Assembly (NCBI GenBank): GCA_946629545.1
Contig: CAMOXZ010000001.1
Span: forward strand, 1 to 50,186
DNA length: 50,186 nucleotides
Source: an uncultured Bacillales bacterium
Lineage (GTDB): Bacteria; Bacillota_I; Bacilli_A; RF39; UBA660
Reading direction: 5' to 3'
Positions within the stretch are counted from its first letter, which is position 1. Each line of letters starts with the position of its first letter. The position numbers were made by a program, and so were the translations under genes. The notes beneath the pieces are model-generated. The model made no database searches. It was not told the DNA's origin and saw only the letters and a program-made list of their open reading frames with translations. Of the stretch, positions 18,965-28,127 are shown one piece after another.

Positions 18965-19945
18965 ATGAAAAGAATAGTTATTTTATTGATTATTAGTTTA
19001 TTTGTATTAACTGGGTGTGGTAAATATAGTAAAGATAGTATTGTTAAAGAGTTAGATAAAAAGGCTAGAGGTGGTTATAAATTAAGTGGTAGTTTAAATG
19101 TAGTTAATAATGATGAAAACTATGATTATGATATAGATGTATATAATAAAGATGATTATTATAAGGTTATTCTTACTAATAAAGCCAATTCTCATACACA
19201 GATAATATTAAAAAATAAGGATGGTGTTTATGTACTTACACCTGCTTTAAATAAGAGTTTTAAATTTCAAAGTGATTGGCCATATAATAATTCTCAAATA
19301 TATTTATTAAAAGCATTAATTAGTGATATAAAAGAAGATAAGAATTTAGTATTTAAAAAGAATGATAATAGTTATATCTTTAAGACTAAGGTTAGATATG
19401 TGAATAATACTAAGTTAGTTAATCAAAACATAGTTATTGGTAAAGACTTAGACTTTGAAAAGGTTATTGTTTATGATAAAGATGGAGTAGAGGTAATGAC
19501 TATGGTATTTGATAGTATAGATTATTCTTATAAGTTTAAGAATGATGAATTTGATTTAGATAAGATAATTGATAATAATGAAGAAGAGATTGTTGAGAGT
19601 AGTAGTTTAGATGATATTATATATCCTTTATATATACCTAATGGTACTAAATTAGTAAATGAAGATAAGATAGATAAACCTGATGGTAAAAGGGTAATTA
19701 TGAATTATGATGGGGATAAATCATTCTTATTAGTAGAAGAGACTAGTGATGTATTTGATGAGTTTACTGTGATACCTACTGTAGGGGAACCATATTTACT
19801 TATGGATACTTTAGGAGTAGTTACTAATAATTCATTGTCTTGGACTAGTGGTGGGATTGATTACTATTTAGTTAGTGATGTTATGAGTCAATCTGAATTA
19901 ATTGAGGTTGCTCAAAGTATTAGTGGTATTGTCTCTATGAAATAA
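18965..19945 (+). CDS. Lipoprotein, possibly with a LolA-like/YdcC-like fold
   Basis: Lipobox LTGC after a signal peptide. The fold assignment is only an impression. Confidence 0.6.
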   Translation: MKRIVILLIISLFVLTGCGKYSKDSIVKELDKKARGGYKLSGSLNVVNNDENYDYDIDVYNKDDYYKVILTNKANSHTQIILKNKDGVYVLTPALNKSFKFQSDWPYNNSQIYLLKALISDIKEDKNLVFKKNDNSYIFKTKVRYVNNTKLVNQNIVIGKDLDFEKVIVYDKDGVEVMTMVFDSIDYSYKFKNDEFDLDKIIDNNEEEIVESSSLDDIIYPLYIPNGTKLVNEDKIDKPDGKRVIMNYDGDKSFLLVEETSDVFDEFTVIPTVGEPYLLMDTLGVVTNNSLSWTSGGIDYYLVSDVMSQSELIEVAQSISGIVSMK

Positions 19946-19974
19946 TTTTGCTATAATTATTTTGGGTGAATTAA

Positions 19975-20493
19975 ATGTCAAAAGGTAAAAGAGGAACAAG
20001 AAAAGTAAAAAATAATAATAGTAAAAGAATAGAAGAGGTTATTAGTGATGATAGTACTTTAATGGATAAATTCTTTATAGTAGCAGCTGTAATATTATTT
20101 CTATTATGTTTTTATATATTAACTGTATATATTACTAATAAGAATAGTGATGATACTAAAGAAGAAGAAGAAAAGACTGTAGAGATATCTAAAGATGAAA
20201 TTGTTTTAGGTAGTAGTTTATCTATGAAAGGTGATTATTACGTAATATATTATAATAAGGGTAATGATACTATAGAAGAAATTATTAAGAATTATGGTGG
20301 AGAATTATCTTTATATAAAGTAGATATGAGTAATGCATTTAATAAGAAATATGCTACTAGTGAAGAATCTAATAAGAGTCCTAGTAAAGTAAGTGAATTT
20401 AAGATTAATGGACCTACACTTATTAAGGTATCTAATAAGAAAGTGGTAAATTATATTGAAGGTGAAGATGAGATAAGAACTATTTTAAATTAG
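19975..20493 (+). CDS. Hypothetical single-pass membrane protein
   Basis: Basic N-terminus and one TM helix. No motif recognised. Confidence 0.55.
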   Translation: MSKGKRGTRKVKNNNSKRIEEVISDDSTLMDKFFIVAAVILFLLCFYILTVYITNKNSDDTKEEEEKTVEISKDEIVLGSSLSMKGDYYVIYYNKGNDTIEEIIKNYGGELSLYKVDMSNAFNKKYATSEESNKSPSKVSEFKINGPTLIKVSNKKVVNYIEGEDEIRTILN

Positions 20494-20539
20494 TTCTTTT
20501 TTCTTATAAAGTATGATATTATAATTATGGGATGATGAT

Positions 20540-21799
20540 ATGAAAAAGAAAAGTAGAAAGAAAAAGAGTTTTATTAAAGATATTAAGAAAACTATTAATA
20601 GACAATTAAATGGTAAAGATTTAGCTTCTTTTACTATATTAGAAGTTATTTTAATTATATTTATATCTATATTATTTGGTGTAATAGTAGGTTATTTTAT
20701 TAATTATAGTAAAAATGATACTACAAAGGATTCTAATTTAAATGAGATAGTTTCTACATATAATAGTATAGTTAAGAATTATTATGGAGATTTAGATAAA
20801 AAAGAATTAAAAGATGCAGCAATAAAAGGAATGATTGAATCTTTAGATGATCCATATTCTAGTTATATGGATGGAGAAGTAGCAGATGATTTTAATGAAA
20901 CTATAGATGGTTCATTTAGTGGTATAGGTGTAGTAATTCAAACAGAAGAAGGTAATGATTATACTACTGTTATTGAGGTGTATGATGATTCACCTGCTAA
21001 AAAGGCTGGTATACTTGTTGATGATATGATTATTAAAGTTGATGGTGAAGATGTTAAAGGAAAAACAGGTAGTGAACTTGCAGCATTAGTTAGAGGTAAA
21101 AAAGGTACTATAGTAAATATTACTGTTAAGAGAAATGGTGAAGAAAAAGATTTAAATATTAAACGTGATGTTATTGATTTAATTAGTGTAACTGATAAGA
21201 TAATAGAATATGATGGTAAGAATATTGGTTATATTAGAATTGATTCTTTTGCAGCTAATACTTATTCACAATTTTATAAATCATTGAAAGCTCTTGAAAA
21301 TAAAAAGATTGATTCATTAATAATAGATGTTAGAAGTAATCCTGGAGGACATTTACAACAAACTAAACAAATACTAAGTTTATTCTTTGATAGTAAGACT
21401 GTTTTATATCAAATTAAATCTAAAGGTAAGACAGAGAAAGTATATTCATATTCAAATGAAAGTAGAAAATATCCAGTAGCAGTACTAATAGATAGTGCTA
21501 GTGCTAGTGCTTCTGAGATATTAGCTTCTTGCTTTAAAGAGAATTATAAGAAAGTATTTATTGTAGGTAATACTACTTATGGTAAAGGTACTGTTCAACA
21601 AACAGATACTTTAAGTAATGGTACTACTATTAAATATACTATTGAGACATGGTTAACTTCTAAAGGTAAGTTTATAAATGATGTAGGGGTAAGTCCTACT
21701 GTTGAAGTTAATTTAACTGAAGAGTACGTTAATAATCCTTGTGATGATACAGATGATCAGTTAAAAACAGCATTAGAAAAATTAAAAGAGTCTAAGTAG
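20540..21799 (+). CDS. S41 carboxyl-terminal processing protease (PDZ domain)
   Basis: DPYSSYM, a PDZ-like SPAKKAGILVDDMIIKVDG, DVRSNPGG and ASASASEILA motifs. Confidence 0.85.
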   Translation: MKKKSRKKKSFIKDIKKTINRQLNGKDLASFTILEVILIIFISILFGVIVGYFINYSKNDTTKDSNLNEIVSTYNSIVKNYYGDLDKKELKDAAIKGMIESLDDPYSSYMDGEVADDFNETIDGSFSGIGVVIQTEEGNDYTTVIEVYDDSPAKKAGILVDDMIIKVDGEDVKGKTGSELAALVRGKKGTIVNITVKRNGEEKDLNIKRDVIDLISVTDKIIEYDGKNIGYIRIDSFAANTYSQFYKSLKALENKKIDSLIIDVRSNPGGHLQQTKQILSLFFDSKTVLYQIKSKGKTEKVYSYSNESRKYPVAVLIDSASASASEILASCFKENYKKVFIVGNTTYGKGTVQQTDTLSNGTTIKYTIETWLTSKGKFINDVGVSPTVEVNLTEEYVNNPCDDTDDQLKTALEKLKESK

Positions 21800-21808
21800 A
21801 CTCTTTTT
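21784..21808. terminator. Bidirectional hairpin shared by the convergent S41 protease and sortase genes
   Basis: Stem aaaagagtct/agactctttt with loop aagt. It has A- and T-runs on either side and overlaps both stop codons. Confidence 0.6.
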
Positions 21809-22274
21809 CTATGCAATTTATTACGAGTTGGTATCCTTCTTTATTAGGACTACATGTGGTTAATATTAGTTGTTTTGTATTTTCTCTATTAAAACTAATA
21901 TAACCAGTCTTTTTTTCTTCCCATATATCTTTTACTTTATAGATATATTTTTTATTTTCTATTATAAGAATGATTTCATCATTTAATTCTAGTTTATCTA
22001 ATTCTTGGAAGTAGGCTAATGGTCCTATTCCTGAGTGAGCAGCAATTATCATTAAGTTAGTAGTTGATTCTTTTAGAATAGAAACATGTTTCTCTATAGT
22101 ATTTTCACTACTATTTATAGGAAATAATTCTTCTTTTAAATTTATTTTATTAATAATAAGCATACCATAATAATCTGTTTTTAATTGTTTAGTATTTTCA
22201 CTTATTTTAACTATAGATATTGGTGTGGTTATTACTACTATTATTAATAATATTGTATATAGTCTTTTTACCAT
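21792..22274 (-). CDS. Small sortase (160 aa), translationally coupled to the upstream adhesin gene
   Basis: N-terminal TM helix, IIAAHSG (catalytic His context) and LILTTCSP (TLxTC). The ATGGTAA overlap joins its start to the adhesin stop. Confidence 0.75.
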   Translation of the reverse strand: MVKRLYTILLIIVVITTPISIVKISENTKQLKTDYYGMLIINKINLKEELFPINSSENTIEKHVSILKESTTNLMIIAAHSGIGPLAYFQELDKLELNDEIILIIENKKYIYKVKDIWEEKKTGYISFNRENTKQLILTTCSPNKEGYQLVINCIEKEST

Positions 22275-23701
22275 AATATTAATAAGTATTTAATAATTAG
22301 TAATAATAGATAATTATTAGTACTAGTATTAGGTACTTCTATTATTATTTCTTTTTTTTCTACAGGTACTTCTATTTTTAGATCTTTTATTTCTATTAAT
22401 TCATTAGTAGTATTATCTACATTAATAGTAATATCATCTGCTTTATAATAGCCTTCTGTAGTATTAATTTGTTTTAGAGTATATGTACCATAAGGAAGAG
22501 TTATTTCAGCTATACCTTGGTTATTTGTGGTTATAGAGGATATTTCTTCATAGTTAGAATTAATAATTTGAAATTCTATGTTTTCTTCTCCTATGAAGTT
22601 ATCATTTTCACCATATTTCTTTTCTATAGTAATATTTTTATCTATTACTTTATTTTCTACTATTACTTGGTGTTTAGATTTTTCTTTAGTTATATTTACT
22701 TCATATGTATTAGTATCTAATAGATAGCCTGTTCCTGCTTCTTTTTCTTTTAGATAGTATTTTCCAAATGGTATATTATTGATAATGGCTTGATTATTCT
22801 CTATTACTAAGTCTTTTATTAGATTATTATTTTCATCATATAAAGAGTAAATAGCTCCATCTAGAGATGCTTCTCCTTTTGGTAATATAGATTTAGTATC
22901 TTTATCTAATTTAGTTAATTCTATTTCTGTTTTTATAACATTTACTTTGAATGATGTGGATACATTTGGGATATTACCTGTTTGTAGTAAATCTTGACTA
23001 GTACTAGATTCATAGAAGATATATGGTTTATTATGAATATTATCTTCTTTTTCTAATTTATATATGTGTTCTCCTTCAGTAGTTGGATTAATAATTAATT
23101 TATTATTTTCTATTCTTAGATTATCTCCTGTTACTTTTAGATTAGATATATCTTTTTCTAATACTAATTCATTACCACTAATAATAGTATATTCATTATC
23201 AAAACTAGGTAATTTATTATAATTATCAATTAAACTATTAATCTCATTCATTTCATCTTGGAATCTATCAATTTTATTACCATTTAAGTAATTAGTAAAA
23301 TAATAATATCCATATGCAGATTCTTTCCATATCATGAATTGAGTTATAGCATACCATTTAGGTTCTGTATGATTCTTATAACCATATCCAAAATAAGCTA
23401 TTTTAGTTATCCTATCTATTTGTGATTCAGATAGAATACTAGGTTTAGTAGTTGATTCATATGAGGCCATCTCATCAAATTGAGAAAATGGTTCTATACA
23501 ATATGCATATTCATTTGTACCCCTTTTTCTAAAAAATCTAGCTGTTTGGAAATAAGCTATATGAGTATCGTAGTTGTATTTATTTATATAGATATCATCT
23601 ATATACTCAGCCTCGTAAAAACTTGCACTTTCTGCTTTTACATTTATAAGTGATATAAATATAGAAGCTATTAATATTAAGAAAATATTTATTTTTTTAA
23701 T
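22268..23701 (-). CDS. Surface adhesin: signal peptide, thioester (TED/TQXA)-like domain, two SpaA/Cna-B-type domains, and an atypical C-terminal sorting signal. Proposed ATT start
   Basis: The frame stays open for 77 codons upstream of the track ATG (23470). It encodes IKKINIFLILIASIFISLINVKA|ESAS (signal peptide) and YAYCIEP. A GGAGG SD lies 7 nt before ATT 23701-23699, and there is no ATG/GTG/TTG between that codon and the in-frame TAA upstream. AITQFMIW is a TQxA(I/V)W-like motif. G.YYLKEKEAGTGY and YGTYTLKQINTTEGY are Cna-B/SpaA hallmarks. Confidence 0.65.
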   Translation of the reverse strand: MKKINIFLILIASIFISLINVKAESASFYEAEYIDDIYINKYNYDTHIAYFQTARFFRKRGTNEYAYCIEPFSQFDEMASYESTTKPSILSESQIDRITKIAYFGYGYKNHTEPKWYAITQFMIWKESAYGYYYFTNYLNGNKIDRFQDEMNEINSLIDNYNKLPSFDNEYTIISGNELVLEKDISNLKVTGDNLRIENNKLIINPTTEGEHIYKLEKEDNIHNKPYIFYESSTSQDLLQTGNIPNVSTSFKVNVIKTEIELTKLDKDTKSILPKGEASLDGAIYSLYDENNNLIKDLVIENNQAIINNIPFGKYYLKEKEAGTGYLLDTNTYEVNITKEKSKHQVIVENKVIDKNITIEKKYGENDNFIGEENIEFQIINSNYEEISSITTNNQGIAEITLPYGTYTLKQINTTEGYYKADDITINVDNTTNELIEIKDLKIEVPVEKKEIIIEVPNTSTNNYLLLLIIKYLLILW

Positions 23702-23920
23702 AAAAATCCCTCCTTCTTTTTCTTAATGAGCTAAATACTAACACTTGGATTTTTATTAAGCAAATGGGACTTTTTACTAATTAAATGAATAATATTAAGT
23801 AAAAATAATAATTCACTAAGAGAATTATTATTTTTTATGTATAATATGTATTTGAAAAAACAAGTTTTATAATATTAAAAAATATTATAATACATGGTAT
23901 AATCTATGTGAGGTGATTTT

Positions 23921-25537
23921 ATGAACGATATAGAAATCTCTAATAAAAGTATTAAAAAACCAATAACTGAAGTTATTAAGAATATTGGAATAAGTGAAGA
24001 AGATACTTATATATGTGGTAAGTATAAAGCTAAGATATGTTTAAAGAATTATAAAGAGTTAGAACATAATCCTAAGTTAATATTAGTAACGGCTATGTCT
24101 CCTACTCCATATGGAGAAGGTAAAACTACTGTTAGTATTGGACTTAGTGATGCATTATGTCGTTTAAATTATAAATGTATTGCATGTTTAAGAGAACCTT
24201 CAATGGGACCAGTATTTGGTTTTAAAGGAGGAGCTACTGGAGGAGGACTTGCTCAAGTAGTACCTATGGAAGATATTAATCTTCATTTTACTGGGGATCT
24301 ACATGCTATTACTAGTGCTAATAATTTAATTAGTGCAGCTATTGATAATCATATTTATTTTGGTAATAAATTAGATATAAAGAAAGTTTTATTTAAAAGA
24401 TGTGTAGATGTTAATGATAGAGCACTACGTAGAGTTAAATTAGATGGTAGAGATGAAAGTTTTACTATAACTGCTGCTAGTGAAGTAATGGCATTATTTA
24501 CTTTAGCAAAAGACTTAGATGATTTAAGAGAAAGACTTGGTCGTATCGTTATAGGAATCAATAGTAAAGATGAATATGTATATGTAAGAGATTTAAATTT
24601 AGAGGGAAGCTTAGTAGCTTTATTAAAAGATGCGATAAATCCTAATGTAGTTCAAACATTAGAAAACAATCCAGCATTTATTCATGGAGGACCATTTGCA
24701 AATATAGCTCATGGATGTAGTAGTATTATTTCTACTAAAACTGCGATGAAAGTGGCTGATTATGTTGTTACTGAAGCAGGATTTGGAGCTGATTTAGGTG
24801 CTGAGAAATTCTTTGATATTAAATGTAGAGTAGGAGAATTAACTCCATATAAAGTTGTATTAGTATCTACTATTAAGGCTTTAAAGTATCATGGAGGATG
24901 TACTGGAAGTATTTATGATGAGAATTATGATGCTTTAGAAAAAGGATTTGCTAATCTAGATAAGCATTATGCTAATCTAAAGAAATTTGGTGTTAATGTA
25001 ATAGTTTGTTTAAATCAATATAATACTGATAGTGATAAAGAAATAGAAGTATTTAAAAAACATTGTATGGATAAGGGATATGATTATACAATATCTAATT
25101 CATATATTGCTGGTGGAGAAGGATCTATAGATTTAGCTAATAAGGTTCTTGAAGAAAAGGAAAGTAACTTTAATTATTTATATGAACTTGATGAAAGTTA
25201 TATGGATAAGATAAATAAGGTATGTAAGGAAATATATGGTGCTAAAGATGTTAAGTTTAGTGACGAAGCTATTACTAAATTGAAGTTTTTAGAGAAAAAT
25301 GAAGTGTTTAATCTTCCTATTTGTGTGGCTAAAACACAATATTCGTTCTCTGATGATAAAAATAAATTAGGAGTACCTACTGATTTTGAGGTAACAGTTA
25401 AAGATGTTCAATTATATCTAGGTGCTGGATTCTTAACTGTATATTTAGGAGATATTCTAACTATGCCTGGTTTACCAGAAAAACCTAATTATGAAGTAAT
25501 TGATGTAGAGAATGGTGAAATAATTAATTTAAGTTAA
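23921..25537 (+). CDS. fhs: Formate-tetrahydrofolate ligase
   Basis: PTPYGEGKTT P-loop, EPSMGPVFG.KGGATGGG and VTEAGFGADLGAEKF. Confidence 0.92.
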   Translation: MNDIEISNKSIKKPITEVIKNIGISEEDTYICGKYKAKICLKNYKELEHNPKLILVTAMSPTPYGEGKTTVSIGLSDALCRLNYKCIACLREPSMGPVFGFKGGATGGGLAQVVPMEDINLHFTGDLHAITSANNLISAAIDNHIYFGNKLDIKKVLFKRCVDVNDRALRRVKLDGRDESFTITAASEVMALFTLAKDLDDLRERLGRIVIGINSKDEYVYVRDLNLEGSLVALLKDAINPNVVQTLENNPAFIHGGPFANIAHGCSSIISTKTAMKVADYVVTEAGFGADLGAEKFFDIKCRVGELTPYKVVLVSTIKALKYHGGCTGSIYDENYDALEKGFANLDKHYANLKKFGVNVIVCLNQYNTDSDKEIEVFKKHCMDKGYDYTISNSYIAGGEGSIDLANKVLEEKESNFNYLYELDESYMDKINKVCKEIYGAKDVKFSDEAITKLKFLEKNEVFNLPICVAKTQYSFSDDKNKLGVPTDFEVTVKDVQLYLGAGFLTVYLGDILTMPGLPEKPNYEVIDVENGEIINLS

Positions 25538-25540
25538 AAA

Positions 25541-25567
25541 AAAGAAGTTATTCAGTAACTTCTTTTT
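25541..25567. terminator. Bidirectional hairpin between convergent genes
   Basis: Stem aaagaagtta/taacttcttt with loop ttcag, flanked by an A-run and a T-run. Confidence 0.6.
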
Positions 25568-26342
25568 CTTTATCAGTTTCTTTATTTTCTTCTTGTTGTT
25601 TTTCTACACACTTTTTATCATCTTTATTATATTCTTTGTTTTCGTCATTACATTTACAAGTACTTCCATCTAATTTAGCATCATCTGGACATGTAGTAGT
25701 AGTTTCAGGTGATATTATTGTAGGACCCGGATCTCTTACTTCTACTTTTCCTTGGTATGTTACACCTTTATATACAATATAATAAGTATAATCTCCTTGA
25801 TTTTGTGTATCAACTTTAGATATATCTAATGTTAAGTTATTATATACTTCATCAGTAATTTCTCCTTCAATGAAGGTTCTTGGATTACTTGATAAAGATT
25901 CTTTTGTTTGTAGTTTAATATTTTTTAATGTAAGAGTTACATTAGGTAATTCTTTTTCATTTACTGTTATAGTACCAAGATATCTCTTTTTACCATAAGT
26001 AATTACATATTTATAAGTACCTGGTTGATTAATATTAACTAATGATGTATCTAGTTTTAAAGCTTTTATTGTTGATTCTTTTAATTTTTCAACATCTTCT
26101 AAATAATCTTTAACATTAATACTAATAGGATTGTTTATTTCAATTTCTATATCTTTTAATTTAATTTCATCTGTTTTTGCTTGAGTTTCAGCAATTTTCT
26201 TTTTATCTATTGATACTGTGTATTTAGTTTGAACAACAGGTTTATCTTGAGAAGTCATTACTATTCCACTAATTATCATGAATATACTGAAGCCAGCTAT
26301 TGTTGATGAAAGTATGCAAAATTGTTTTCTATTAAATTTCAT
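25548..26342 (-). CDS. Hypothetical membrane-anchored protein with Ig-like repeats and a Cys-rich acidic tail
   Basis: N-terminal TM helix, repeated GTYKYVITYG / GDYTYYIVYKG beta motifs, and CPDDAKLDGSTCKC near the C-terminus. Confidence 0.6.
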   Translation of the reverse strand: MKFNRKQFCILSSTIAGFSIFMIISGIVMTSQDKPVVQTKYTVSIDKKKIAETQAKTDEIKLKDIEIEINNPISINVKDYLEDVEKLKESTIKALKLDTSLVNINQPGTYKYVITYGKKRYLGTITVNEKELPNVTLTLKNIKLQTKESLSSNPRTFIEGEITDEVYNNLTLDISKVDTQNQGDYTYYIVYKGVTYQGKVEVRDPGPTIISPETTTTCPDDAKLDGSTCKCNDENKEYNKDDKKCVEKQQEENKETDKEKEVTE

Positions 26343-26407
26343 AAGCTTTCTCCTATCCTGTATATATAATTATACATTATTATAGCTTTATATACAAGTC
26401 TAAATCA

Positions 26408-26436
26408 TTGACTTTTTGGGGTTTTTATGCTACAAT
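26408..26436 (+). promoter_or_regulatory. Strong sigma-A promoter TTGACT-17-TACAAT with an extended -10 TG
   Basis: TTGACT at 26408-26413, TG at 26428-26429, TACAAT at 26431-26436. Confidence 0.7.
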
Positions 26437-26442
26437 AAAAAC

Positions 26443-26567
26443 AGTTAAGAGGGAGTAGTTCCCATTCAATTATTTGAATGTTTTTCATTCGTCAGGACGA
26501 GTAATTTCCGGATGAAAAGTAGTAATATGGAGCAAGACTTTTACAAATGTAAGGGTCTTGCTTTTTT
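26443..26567 (+). ncRNA. Candidate ~125-nt structured small RNA, family not recognised
   Basis: It lies between its own promoter and a 12-bp-stem terminator (GCAAGACUUUUA/UAAGGGUCUUGC, 26532-26561, followed by U6). Internal hairpins are GGGA-GUAGU-UCCC, AUUCAA-UUAU-UUGAAU and a 10-bp UUUUCAUUCG/CGGAUGAAAA stem with a 17-nt loop. There is no SD-preceded ORF. Confidence 0.5.
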
Positions 26568-26610
26568 GTACCCTTACGGATAGGGGATGATCAAAATGTT
26601 TTGAAGAGAC

Positions 26611-26640
26611 TTGAAAGATTTTAATGAAATAGAATATAAT
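26611..26640 (+). promoter_or_regulatory. Sigma-A promoter TTGAAA-18-TATAAT for nfeD-SPFH
   Basis: Hexamers at 26611-26616 and 26635-26640, downstream of the sRNA terminator. Confidence 0.55.
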
Positions 26641-26657
26641 TTAAGTGAGGTGAAGTT

Positions 26658-27077
26658 ATGGTTATAGGATGGTTTATAGCATTCGTAATTCTATTAATTA
26701 TTGAATTAGTAACAGTAAACTTAGTTACTATATGGTTTGCGATAGGTGCTGTAGCTGCTATTATAACTACAATATTTACTGATTCAGTATTGATTCAGTC
26801 TATTGTCTTTGTAGTAGTTAGTGTAATTGCATTATTAATCACAAAGCCATTAATAAAGAAGTTTAAAAAATTTGAAGTAGAACCTACTAATTCTGATAGA
26901 GTTATTGGAAAAGTTGGGGATGTAACTAAAAAAATTGAAAAAAATAAATATGGAGAAGTAAAGGTTTATGGAAATACTTGGACAGCTTCTAGTAAAGAAG
27001 TAATTGAAGTAGGAGAAAGAGTTAAAGTATTATCTATAGACGGAGTAAAATTAATAGTAGAAAAGGAGAAAAAATAA
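26658..27077 (+). CDS. NfeD-family membrane protein
   Basis: Two or three N-terminal TM helices plus a C-terminal OB-like G.V...I......G.V...G..W.A motif. It sits immediately upstream of an SPFH gene. Confidence 0.8.
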   Translation: MVIGWFIAFVILLIIELVTVNLVTIWFAIGAVAAIITTIFTDSVLIQSIVFVVVSVIALLITKPLIKKFKKFEVEPTNSDRVIGKVGDVTKKIEKNKYGEVKVYGNTWTASSKEVIEVGERVKVLSIDGVKLIVEKEKK

Positions 27078-27078
27078 T

Positions 27079-27966
27079 ATGATAGGAATAATAATATTAA
27101 TAATTTTAGTAGTAATTTTTATATCTGGAATTAAAATAATTCCACAATCAAAAGCTTATGTAATTGAAAGATTAGGTGCATATCATAGAACTATGCAAAC
27201 TGGTATGCATTATGTAATACCTTTTATTGAAAGAATTTCAAATAAGGTTAGTTTAAAAGAAATAGTAAAAGACTTTGCACCACAACCAGTTATCACTAAA
27301 GATAACGTTACAATGCAAATCGATACAGTAGTTTATTTTCAAATTACTGATCCTAAATTATATTCATATGGTGTAGAAAATCCAATTAATGCAATTGAGA
27401 ACTTAACTGCAACTACACTTCGTAATATAATTGGTGAACTTGAATTAGATGAAACATTAACATCTCGTGATGTAATTAATACTAAGATGAGAAGTATCTT
27501 AGATGAAGCAACAGATCCATGGGGAGTTAAAGTAAATCGTGTAGAGGTTAAAAATATTTTACCTCCAAGAGACATTCAAGAATCTATGGAAAAACAAATG
27601 CGTGCTGAACGTGAAAGACGTGAAGCTATTCTTAAAGCAGAAGGTGAAAAGAAAGCTGCTATCTTAATTGCTGAAGGTGAAAAAGAAAGTACTATTCTTA
27701 GAGCTGATGCTCAAAAAGAAGCAAAAATTAAACAAGCAGAAGCTGAAGCAGAATCTATCTTAAAGATTCAAGAAGCTACAGCTCAAGGTTTAAAATTATT
27801 AAAAGATGCAAAAGTTGATGAATCAGTATTAAAATTAAAGAGCTATGATGCTATGGTTAATGTAGCTAATGGTAATGCTACTAAAATTATTGTTCCAAGT
27901 GACTTACAAGGATTAGTAACTGCTGGAACAGTATTAAAAGAAACATTAACAAAAGAAGATAAATAA
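27079..27966 (+). CDS. SPFH/band-7 (stomatin-like) protein
   Basis: Typical PQ...V.ER.G.Y......G.H...PFI, T.DN.....D..V.F.I.DP and an Ala/Glu-rich coiled-coil tail. Confidence 0.88.
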   Translation: MIGIIILIILVVIFISGIKIIPQSKAYVIERLGAYHRTMQTGMHYVIPFIERISNKVSLKEIVKDFAPQPVITKDNVTMQIDTVVYFQITDPKLYSYGVENPINAIENLTATTLRNIIGELELDETLTSRDVINTKMRSILDEATDPWGVKVNRVEVKNILPPRDIQESMEKQMRAERERREAILKAEGEKKAAILIAEGEKESTILRADAQKEAKIKQAEAEAESILKIQEATAQGLKLLKDAKVDESVLKLKSYDAMVNVANGNATKIIVPSDLQGLVTAGTVLKETLTKEDK

Positions 27967-28022
27967 TACTAAACTTGTAAATTGAAATAGATTTATAAGA
28001 TGAAAAATTAAAAATTACTAAG

Positions 28023-28051
28023 AGAATCTGAATTATTCAGATTCTTTTTTT
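28023..28051 (+). terminator. Intrinsic terminator of the nfeD-SPFH operon
   Basis: Stem agaatctgaa/ttcagattct followed by T7. Confidence 0.8.
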
Positions 28052-28127
28052 GTTGAATTAGATAAATTAATTGTTTGCTATGATTTTTATTTTCTTGTAT
28101 AGTGATACCTCAAAGGAGGTAAAATAT

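Noticed and set aside
23801-23836. Hairpin aataataattc/gaattattatt with flanking A- and T-runs, between the divergent adhesin and fhs genes.
   Set aside because: It is AT-only and sits upstream of both candidate fhs promoters (TGTATAAT at 23838-23845 and TGGTATAAT at 23893-23901), with no convincing promoter feeding it. There are no ZTP/pfl or THF riboswitch motifs. It is probably a fortuitous or insulating hairpin, with insufficient evidence for an RNA gene.
26490-26530. Resemblance of GUCAGG...UCCGGAUGAAAAGUAGU to the SRP RNA domain IV motif (GUCAGGUCCGGAAGGAAGCAGC).
   Set aside because: A 10-nt insertion separates CAGG from UCC. The loop is GGAU rather than a GNRA tetraloop. The 5' and 3' ends do not pair into the long SRP hairpin, and the conserved GCAGC is not kept. 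Most likely a chance similarity, so the RNA was reported as family-unknown.
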